Under the pieces are notes generated by a model. That model was given only the letters and a program-made list of their open reading frames with translations, was not told where the DNA came from and did not search any database. Made by a program: the position numbers and the translations under genes. Source: Thermoanaerobaculales bacterium (GTDB lineage Bacteria > Acidobacteriota > Thermoanaerobaculia > Thermoanaerobaculales > Sulfomarinibacteraceae). From it: 64,000 bases of DNA. The DNA is taken from assembly GCA_029287235.1 (NCBI GenBank), contig JARFRM010000058.1:5602-69601 (forward strand), read 5' to 3'. Numbering within the stretch: the first letter of the stretch is position 1; every line of letters begins with the position of its first letter. Positions 43,873-51,350 of the stretch are shown piece by piece.

Positions 43873-44376
43873 TCAAACGGCGAATCTCGTGGAGGATTCA
43901 GGTTCGGTATGCGTGGTACGCTCGATGCTGCGGAAAATGAAATTCCTATCCCCCAGGTTGAAGGTCACGAGGGTCTTGCTGCCGGTACCAAGATCGACTC
44001 GGTAGAGACCACCACTGCCGGGGGGGTCGCGAGTGGTGACATACGCGATCCCGGCGCCGACATCGAGCACGACGTTTTCGGGATGGGAGAAGCCGCTGGC
44101 AACGGAATGAATCGTGCACTTGGTGACCGTGTCGAGATCGAGACAGGTCGGAGTCAACCCCAACCGATTGAGTTCGCCGGTGTTGTAGTCGACGAAATAG
44201 AGCTGGTTGTTGACCTCGTCGAGCGCTGCGCCGATGGCACCACTCAGGCCTTCGGCAATCGGTTTTGGATTGACCGCCCCGGCAAAACCGCCCACGCTCG
44301 CCATCGCCGAACGGTAGGCACGTAGCGCCGGCCGCCGTGTCTCACGGTACAACAGCAGAACGTCGCCAACCGCCAC
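43873..44376 (-). CDS. NHL/YWTD-like beta-propeller fragment (likely truncated)
   Basis: NQLYFVDYNTGELNRL and IAYVTTRDPPGSGGLYRVDL are blade-like repeats. Only 167 aa, with a non-homologous tail adjacent to the IS91 remnant. Confidence 0.4.
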   Translation of the reverse strand: MAVGDVLLLYRETRRPALRAYRSAMASVGGFAGAVNPKPIAEGLSGAIGAALDEVNNQLYFVDYNTGELNRLGLTPTCLDLDTVTKCTIHSVASGFSHPENVVLDVGAGIAYVTTRDPPGSGGLYRVDLGTGSKTLVTFNLGDRNFIFRSIERTTHTEPESSTRFAV

Positions 44377-44478
44377 GATGGGATCTCGCCGCCGGCCAAC
44401 AATGTCCCAATGCCCGCTCCATCGGTTCGGGCGGGAAACCGCCCGGGTCTACCCGACACCCAGTTCGGGACCGGCGAA

Positions 44479-46566
44479 CTACTCGGGGCACACCTCGTCG
44501 GCGCCCACATCCACCGTCACGCCCAGCGGTCGTACCTCTTTGTCCGCGTCGGTGGATGGCGCTCCATCCAGGCTCCCGGCGTCGATGAGCCCGGAGGTGG
44601 CCTGCAGGTGCAGGTCGGTGGGCGACTCGAAATCGGGCGGGAGCTGGATCGCTGTGGCCTCGTAGTTGTTCACCGTTGCGCGTGTGTAGCCCGCGCCTCC
44701 GGGGAGATAGACCACCTGGGTGGTCGGGCTCGCGCCCCAATAGGTGTTGTGAGAGTGGTCATGAGGGGTGCTCGGGTCGGCCATCAGATCACACGGGAAT
44801 CCGTTGCACAGGCCTCCGTTGCTCTGGCTGCAGGCATCGAGCGCGTTGTTGCGGACGACTGCCGCCGCCAGGTTTGGGCGCAGATTGATGCAGGCCCCGC
44901 CGATGTCACGAACCGAGTTGTTGACGATCTCGACCCCGGCAATGGTCGAGTCGATGAGGATGCCCATTGGGCTAGCATCGCGTACGCTCTGAGATGCATA
45001 CGCTCCGCGGATCATGTTGTTGACGATCCGGGCTCCGTCGATGCTGCCCATGCCCTGGGGCTCGAACTGGATCGCCGCACAGTCGCCGATTCCGGTGATC
45101 ACGGGGGGGTAGGGCCCTGCATAGGTGACGCTCCACTTGCAGTTTCCCGACACGCGATTGCCGTCCACGACGGTTTGATTGGAGGTACATCCCGACCCGC
45201 ACCCGTCTGACGACGTCGTGACCCAGATGCCGTCGCGAAAAGTGTTCTCGAGGTGATTGTTGCGAACCTCACAGCTGTTGCAGTTCTTCAGAATGACCGA
45301 CATCCCGAGGCTCGACCCGAGGCCGCCGCCGTCGATCCAGCCGAGCCCGGTGTCCCGTATCACCGAATCGGCGAGGATCATCCTCGACAGCTGCCGCCCG
45401 TAGGTCGGGCCCCCACCATAGAAGGCGATGCCTTCCCCCATGACCTCCACGCAAGAACCATTCAAGAAACGGATGTCCGACCCTGCGTTTGTTCGGAGGC
45501 ACCCGCCGTAGTCCCGTCCTCCTCCCGCGGTCACCTCGAGACCGTCAAAAACAAGATCGTGGGCCTCCGCGTCGATGCGGATCACGTGATAGCCATAGCG
45601 AAGCCGGAAAGCACCGCCACCCGGATTCCGACGAATCACCACGTGAGCAGCCGGCTCGGTGGCGGCGATCACCGCGTTTCCGCAGTCTCCGATCTGGCAG
45701 GTCAGGTGGACCTCGTGCAGGTCTGGATCACTGCCGTCCGGTAGACGGGCGACGATCGGGTTACCACTGAGGACCGAAAAGAACCGGCCCGGAGGCAGCT
45801 GATCGTGATCGGAGGCGAGATCGCTCGCCTGCTGCTCGGCGGTGTTTGCCCACCACCCGATCCGCACGCCGGGCGTGCTTGGGGTGGGGTCGATCCACAT
45901 CTGGGGCGTGTCCGCATTCGACACGTTGAACGCGGTCGTGTAGTAGGTCTCGGTGTGGCTCTGGAGCGACAGACCCGTGGCGGGTCCACACCGGGTCGGT
46001 GATTCACAGGGTTCCCAGTTCGACCCTCCCATGAGGTCCGCGTCGGAACCGTCGAGGATCACCTCCTCACCCGGATGGTTCTCGATCACGAGCGGCCGAT
46101 CCGCCGGACAGTTGAAGAAGAGCGGAAGCACCGTGTGATCACCGTCGTACCCCGAGACCTGCCGGTCGTCGTCACAGCCGATGAATCGCTCCCACTCGGT
46201 GGTGTCCGGGCTGAAGCCGTCGTAGCGATTGCGATAGACGCCACCGCGCAGAATCAACCTGTCGCCGCACTCGAGCCCTGCCTGCGTCGCGGCGAAGTAC
46301 AGGTTCGTGAATGGGTCGTCGATGGTCCCACTGCCCGGATCATCCGGGATGCAGTCCACGGATAGAGGCGCAACATAGTACGTGGAGCCTCCGTTGAGGG
46401 CGCCCACCGTGAGTGACCAGTTCGCGGTCGAACCGCTCTCGAAGCCATCGGCGAAGACCAGGTCCTGGGCCAGACAATCCACGGCACGGAGATCCTCCGC
46501 CGGGAGACTGCCTACCCCTCCGAAGCCGACCCCGAGCATCACAAACGTCGTTACGGTTTTCAGCAC
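44479..46566 (-). CDS. Secreted right-handed parallel beta-helix protein with N-terminal FADGFESG module
   Basis: 695 aa with a GTG start. Leader, then DLVFADGFESGSTANWS. Beta-helix repeats (NNHLENTFRDGIWV, NNMIRG, VNNSVRDIGGACI, VRNNALD). C-terminus ...TVDVGADEVCPE. Confidence 0.8.
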   Translation of the reverse strand: MLKTVTTFVMLGVGFGGVGSLPAEDLRAVDCLAQDLVFADGFESGSTANWSLTVGALNGGSTYYVAPLSVDCIPDDPGSGTIDDPFTNLYFAATQAGLECGDRLILRGGVYRNRYDGFSPDTTEWERFIGCDDDRQVSGYDGDHTVLPLFFNCPADRPLVIENHPGEEVILDGSDADLMGGSNWEPCESPTRCGPATGLSLQSHTETYYTTAFNVSNADTPQMWIDPTPSTPGVRIGWWANTAEQQASDLASDHDQLPPGRFFSVLSGNPIVARLPDGSDPDLHEVHLTCQIGDCGNAVIAATEPAAHVVIRRNPGGGAFRLRYGYHVIRIDAEAHDLVFDGLEVTAGGGRDYGGCLRTNAGSDIRFLNGSCVEVMGEGIAFYGGGPTYGRQLSRMILADSVIRDTGLGWIDGGGLGSSLGMSVILKNCNSCEVRNNHLENTFRDGIWVTTSSDGCGSGCTSNQTVVDGNRVSGNCKWSVTYAGPYPPVITGIGDCAAIQFEPQGMGSIDGARIVNNMIRGAYASQSVRDASPMGILIDSTIAGVEIVNNSVRDIGGACINLRPNLAAAVVRNNALDACSQSNGGLCNGFPCDLMADPSTPHDHSHNTYWGASPTTQVVYLPGGAGYTRATVNNYEATAIQLPPDFESPTDLHLQATSGLIDAGSLDGAPSTDADKEVRPLGVTVDVGADEVCPE

Positions 46567-46705
46567 GAGCAGTATGGACCCCTCAGTCTTTCGTGGGCGT
46601 CACCGTCGCCGGAGGCGGAATCGGCCGCCAACCAACAACTCTCCCTCCGTTCGGCGACCGTGAGCTCATCCCAATTCTAAAACGGAAGGGAAGAAAAGGG
46701 TGCCG

Positions 46706-46957
46706 TCACGGTTTCGGTGCCGACCGTCGTCGTACCGTCAAGGTAGGCGAAAGGGAATTCCTATCCCTCGCGGAGTTCCTCAGTCTTCTCGAGACCAGCC
46801 CGACGATGAGAGCCGACGCCGCGGCACCGCCGGCGCCGAAACAGACGAAGCACGAGGTACACCCGACCCCCGGGCAGACGACGGTCGGCAAGTAGGGCGC
46901 CAGCCCAGCTGAGATGCCCCCGACGCCGGCCGCGATCTTAAGCCGCCGGTTTGCCAT
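46706..46957 (-). CDS. Small Cys-containing membrane protein (83 aa)
   Basis: ATG 46957 (GGAG 9 nt upstream) overlaps the polyferredoxin 3' end by 20 nt. Sequence MANRRLKIAAGVGGISAGLAPYLPTVVCPGVGCTSCFVCFGAGGAAASALIVGLV... Confidence 0.4.
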   Translation of the reverse strand: MANRRLKIAAGVGGISAGLAPYLPTVVCPGVGCTSCFVCFGAGGAAASALIVGLVSRRLRNSARDRNSLSPTLTVRRRSAPKP

Positions 46958-47780
46958 AGTAGATTGCTCCGTGTTCGCAGACATCCTGGCACTGCCGGCA
47001 CGGCATGCAGGAGAGCTGATTGATCGTCGTGAGATCCGTGACATCGATGGCCCAGGTCGGACAGACCACCGAGCAGTCGCCGCAATTGGTGCACGCGTCG
47101 TGGTCGATGCGGATCCTGCGCCCGAACTTCGTCCCGAATCGGTTGGAGAGCGCATCGAGGGCGCCGATGGGGCAGAGAAGGTTGCAGTAGGCGCGACCGC
47201 CCTTGGCGAAGATCCCGAGGAAGAGCAGGAGACCGAAATTCACCACCCCCTGAAACCGGAGGAAGTAGATCAGATCGCCTTCGGAGAATGGTGCGGCAAA
47301 AAGCCTCGGGACGGCGGCGAAGTTGCAGTAGTTGCAGCACAAAGAACCGATCCCGATGGCCGGTGCGATGAGATAGATCAGCAGATAGCCGTATCGAAAC
47401 GACGGCGCCGGGGTTGCCGAGAAGTTGAGCTTGAACTTCTTTGGGATCAGCCGGCTTCCGAGCTCGAGGGGAGCGGCCACCGGGCACAGGTGGCTGCACC
47501 AGTAGCGCCCGAAGGCCAGGGTCGTGGCCAGAATGCCGACAACCAGCGCAACGCCCATGTAGGCCCGGACAAAGCCCATGAGGAAGGACGACATGGTCTG
47601 GCCCTCCCGCCAGACGAAGAACATCCGTGGGCACCAGCGGCCGCAGAAGTTGACATCACCGGTCATCTGGATGATGGCCGCCAGCGGCGGCAGAAAAAGC
47701 ACGATGCTCGCGATGAGGATCAGGGTTCGGTGCTTGGACCAGAAGGAAACGGGAGTTGCACCCTTCGTGTCAGTGTTCAT
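46938..47780 (-). CDS. Membrane polyferredoxin (NapH/CcoG/YccM-type, COG0348-like) 4Fe-4S protein
   Basis: Three membrane CxxxCP motifs (FCGRWCP, WCSHLCP, YCNLLCP) plus two ferredoxin motifs (CTNCGDCSVVCP, CMPCRQCQDVCEHGAI). The start at ATG 47780 overlaps the upstream gene by 11 nt. Confidence 0.85.
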   Translation of the reverse strand: MNTDTKGATPVSFWSKHRTLILIASIVLFLPPLAAIIQMTGDVNFCGRWCPRMFFVWREGQTMSSFLMGFVRAYMGVALVVGILATTLAFGRYWCSHLCPVAAPLELGSRLIPKKFKLNFSATPAPSFRYGYLLIYLIAPAIGIGSLCCNYCNFAAVPRLFAAPFSEGDLIYFLRFQGVVNFGLLLFLGIFAKGGRAYCNLLCPIGALDALSNRFGTKFGRRIRIDHDACTNCGDCSVVCPTWAIDVTDLTTINQLSCMPCRQCQDVCEHGAIYYGKPAA

Positions 47781-48252
47781 GGTGTTCACCCCCCGTCCCG
47801 CCGAAGATGACCGGGATCTTGAGCACCGGTCTTCCCGATGCCGTATCGGTGAAGGTGACGTCGCGTTTGCCGGCGGACATGGGTTCGTCCGGGTCCATGA
47901 CCACCCAGATGGTGAATCGGTCACGTGGTTGAAGCCCGGTCAGGATTCCGTCCTCGAAGTAGGGACGGTGGCGCAGCGCGAGATCGATGATGGGGTCGGA
48001 GCCGCGCACGATGAACGGAACCGGTTCGCCACCGTCGACCGTCACCCGGGCATCGCCCTGGTAAGGGGGTAGGATCGTGCCCGTGATGACAAGGGTGTAG
48101 CGGTCCTTGCCGGCCGGCAGGTGGACTGGGTGGAGGGCCCGACCTCCCTTGATGGAGATCATTCCCATGGCGTGGGCCGAGTCTCCGTGCCGATACCACG
48201 CGGCGGCGACCGAAAGAACGGCTGCGAGTATGAAGACGAGTGTTTTCTTCAT
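47770..48252 (-). CDS. Membrane-anchored or periplasmic beta-rich protein with His-rich tail (FixH/YtkA-like size and topology, unverified)
   Basis: 160 aa. N-terminal TM/signal MKKTLVFILAAVLSVAAAWY. C-terminus ...GGTGGEHHEH*. It starts 19 nt after the TonB receptor stop. Confidence 0.6.
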   Translation of the reverse strand: MKKTLVFILAAVLSVAAAWYRHGDSAHAMGMISIKGGRALHPVHLPAGKDRYTLVITGTILPPYQGDARVTVDGGEPVPFIVRGSDPIIDLALRHRPYFEDGILTGLQPRDRFTIWVVMDPDEPMSAGKRDVTFTDTASGRPVLKIPVIFGGTGGEHHEH

Positions 48253-48270
48253 CGATGGACTCCTTCTTCC

Positions 48271-50664
48271 TCAGAACCTGCAGGCAAAGCGGGCGAGCAA
48301 TGCCCGCGGGGCTGCAGGGGAGTAGCGGTAGGCCCCATAAAGGTCCCTTTGCGCTTCCACCGCGTACCGCTGGTCGAAGAGGTTTTGGATGATCACGGCG
48401 GCCTCGAAGCGGTGATTCTGCCACCCGACCGTCAGGTCGGTCACGAATTCATAACCCTCGTACTTCTCGGTGTTGGCGTTGTCCATCCAGTATTCGCCCC
48501 AGGAGTTTGCGGTGGCCCGCAGGTACACTCCCGTCGGGTTGACGTAGGCCGCAAAGAGTGAGTAGTAGTGTTCCGGAATGTAGGGCAGGTGATTGCCGCT
48601 GCGGTCGATGTTGGTGCCGAAGGCAGGTTCGGAGAAATCCTTGTAGGTGTAGTTCGAGTAGGTGTAGCTCCCGCCGAGGGACAGACCGGCCGCCGGTATC
48701 CACGTGAGCGCGACCTCCACACCCTTCTTCTCGGTCTCTCCTGCATTGACGTACTCGGTCTCGCCGTAGCCCTGGATCACCTGGACGACCTCGTCAAAAA
48801 CCGGGCTGTAGTACACCGATGTGTCAAAGGCGAACGTCCTCCAGCTCGATTTGATCCCGACCTCGTAGTTGTTCACCGTGGTGAGTTTGAGGTCGGGGTT
48901 GAGCGTGAGCTCGTCGGTGGTGGGTGTCTGCGCCCCGGCGGAGATGTTGCCGTACAGGTGGACGGCGTCGCTCGCGTTGTAAACGACGCCGATCCTGGGA
49001 CTGAACGCGGTGTAGGTTTCGACGGTGTCGATGGGACCTTCGCCATCGACATAGCCGCCGCTGCTCCAGTTGTAGTCGATCCACTCGTAACCCTGGACAT
49101 CAAAGGTGATGCGGTCGACACGAGCTCCAAGATCCAGCAACCACCGGGATCCGAAGTGCATGGACTCCTGGGCGTAGATGCCGTAGAGCGATGTTCCGCG
49201 CTCCAGGTCCCGCATCAGCTCGCCGGGTTCGTCCGACAGGGTCGAGAGGATCCTCCCGCTCGGTGTCTGAAGAACATCGGCGTAGGTGTAGGCCTGGGAG
49301 TCCTGGTTGTCGAGACGGGCCGTGATGCCGCCGGTGAGCACTCCGAAACCGTGGTCCCAGTCCGCCTGGAGATCTATCCCGCCGACAAAGGTGTCGGCGT
49401 CGTTGATGCGTGCCGTGACGGGGTGGAAGTGGCTCCACTTGTTGAGATAGAGCAGAGGCATGAACTGAACATCGCCGAAGCGCTTGATGAGCTTGGAGCC
49501 GAAGAAGAGGATTTCCGAGTTCCGCGAGCTGTGCTTCCACGGTTCAGCGGTGCGTTCCACGTCGCCGGTTTCCATGTACGGTGTCCACTGATCGATGTGG
49601 TATCTGTCGTTGACGATGAGTCGTCCCGGGAGCTGGAGGTTGGCGTCGGTGTAGCTGATGAAGTTCTCCCACACCCAGCCGTTGCCGAGGATCCACGAAG
49701 GCTGCAGGGTGAACTGGGTGGTGTCGAACTCGTTCCACTCCCGCCAGTCGTTGGTGGATTGGCGCCGAGAAAAATTCACGTTGAAGAAAGTCTTGTCGCC
49801 GATGTCTCCGGTGTAACCGACCTGGACGTTGCGGGCGCCGTAGTTGCCGACATCCAGCCTGGCGCTGCCGCCGTGACCATCGAATGGACTTTTGGTGACG
49901 ACGTTGATGGCGCCGCCCGTGGAGTTGATGCCCCACAGGGTGGAGTTCGGACCTCGGACCACCTCGATCCGGTCCACCAGATGGGTGTCGACGAAGTCGA
50001 GCCGGGTCAGGCTGTCGGGGTCGGTGATGGGGATCCCGTTGAGCAGGACCATCACCTCGCGGATGGCGTAGCGCGCCTTGAGGCCGGCGCCGCGGATGAT
50101 GAGGCGTGCGTCGTACCCCTGACTTTTGGACTCGATGAGGACGCCGGGGGTGCCGACGACGGCCTCCTTGATGTTGGTCATGGGTGTTTTCTCGATGATG
50201 TCGCTGCCGATGACCGAAACCGCCGCGGGGACCTCCTCAATGGCTCTTGCGGTGCGGGTGGCGGTGATGGTGATGGAATCCTTGAACTCTGCGGACAGGG
50301 TGATGTCATGGGTGACCTCGCCGCCCTCCTGAACATCGAGGGTCGTCGAGTAGGCTTCAAAACCGGGACTCTCGATGGCGAGGGTGTAGGATCCGGGAAT
50401 CAGGCCCGCAAACAAAAAGCGCCCCTCGGCCTGGCTGATGGTTCGGAGCGGTTGTTCGAGTCCCGCGCCATCGAGTCGAAGACCGATCCCGGCGATGCCG
50501 GCGGCCGACCCGGAATCGACGCTGATCACTCGGCCGCTGACGGACCCGGTGGTCAGCGGCTGAGCACTTAGAAGACCCGCGAACATGAGAAATACGCACA
50601 CAAGAACTCCACCGAGGATCGCGGCGGATGGTCGCGGTCCGTCGGCGGTTCGAATGAAATACAT
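48271..50664 (-). CDS. TonB-dependent receptor with N-terminal carboxypeptidase-regulatory-like domain
   Basis: ATG 50664 (GGGAGGAG upstream). Signal peptide, then GSVSGRVISVDSGS...GSYTLAIESPGF, a plug region (ITITATRTARAIEEVPAAVSVI), and a terminal ...ALLARFACRF. Confidence 0.9.
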   Translation of the reverse strand: MYFIRTADGPRPSAAILGGVLVCVFLMFAGLLSAQPLTTGSVSGRVISVDSGSAAGIAGIGLRLDGAGLEQPLRTISQAEGRFLFAGLIPGSYTLAIESPGFEAYSTTLDVQEGGEVTHDITLSAEFKDSITITATRTARAIEEVPAAVSVIGSDIIEKTPMTNIKEAVVGTPGVLIESKSQGYDARLIIRGAGLKARYAIREVMVLLNGIPITDPDSLTRLDFVDTHLVDRIEVVRGPNSTLWGINSTGGAINVVTKSPFDGHGGSARLDVGNYGARNVQVGYTGDIGDKTFFNVNFSRRQSTNDWREWNEFDTTQFTLQPSWILGNGWVWENFISYTDANLQLPGRLIVNDRYHIDQWTPYMETGDVERTAEPWKHSSRNSEILFFGSKLIKRFGDVQFMPLLYLNKWSHFHPVTARINDADTFVGGIDLQADWDHGFGVLTGGITARLDNQDSQAYTYADVLQTPSGRILSTLSDEPGELMRDLERGTSLYGIYAQESMHFGSRWLLDLGARVDRITFDVQGYEWIDYNWSSGGYVDGEGPIDTVETYTAFSPRIGVVYNASDAVHLYGNISAGAQTPTTDELTLNPDLKLTTVNNYEVGIKSSWRTFAFDTSVYYSPVFDEVVQVIQGYGETEYVNAGETEKKGVEVALTWIPAAGLSLGGSYTYSNYTYKDFSEPAFGTNIDRSGNHLPYIPEHYYSLFAAYVNPTGVYLRATANSWGEYWMDNANTEKYEGYEFVTDLTVGWQNHRFEAAVIIQNLFDQRYAVEAQRDLYGAYRYSPAAPRALLARFACRF

Positions 50665-50799
50665 TTGATCTCCTCCCGAAGTGGACGGCGCCACCGGTGA
50701 ACCCGAGACATGGCGTATGAGAATTCACGTCCTCACAGGACCACGAAACAGACCCGCGCACACGGCAGGGCAGCGTCCGATTTCAACTGATCGTAAAAG

Positions 50800-51195
50800 T
50801 CAGGAGGAGAGTCTTGGTGGGTGTTTGTGTTCGTAGGCGAGACGCCACGATTGAGACTGGTCCGCCGCAGGGAGGGACGACCAGATCAGTTCCGGGACGA
50901 TGGTGGAGCCGCCCTGGGCGGGGACGCTCTTCCAGGACGACGCGGCGCCCATGTGCATCGGTTCCGAACAACCACAACCGCAGGCGGTCTTCAGGGAGAC
51001 GCCCTGCTGCGAGCAGGCGCAGCCTTTGGCGGGCCCTTTACACGAGCAGTCGGACGCGCAGCCGCAGTCGTGGCACCCGTTTTCGTTCTGCATACCCTGC
51101 ATACCCGCAGCGGCGGAGAGTTCGGCACCGTGGACGCAGAAGATCAGCGCCAAAGTGAACACAAGCGACAGGGCTCGAAAAACAAAAACGCACAT
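50800..51195 (-). CDS. Small secreted Cys-rich (metallothionein-like) protein
   Basis: Signal peptide MCVFVFRALSLVFTLALIFCVHG. There are 10 Cys within about 40 aa (GCHDCGCASDCSCKGPAKGCACSQQGVSLKTACGCGCSEP), followed by MHMG. No obvious SD sequence. Confidence 0.6.
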   Translation of the reverse strand: MCVFVFRALSLVFTLALIFCVHGAELSAAAGMQGMQNENGCHDCGCASDCSCKGPAKGCACSQQGVSLKTACGCGCSEPMHMGAASSWKSVPAQGGSTIVPELIWSSLPAADQSQSWRLAYEHKHPPRLSS

Positions 51196-51350
51196 CTTGA
51201 GAACACATTAATTGATAGCACTCTGTGGGCGGGAACGCAAGAAAAATTTCGCACGCGAACTCATGCACAAGGACATCCATCGGCACTGAGGGTGGAAGGC
51301 CGGGCCGGACACAATGCGTTGCCGGCCTGCACGCCGGCGACGACATCCAA

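Noticed and set aside
48568-50571. 667-aa plus-strand ORF
   Set aside because: It is antisense to the TonB-dependent receptor, which has plug motifs and a terminal aromatic residue. It is a shadow ORF.
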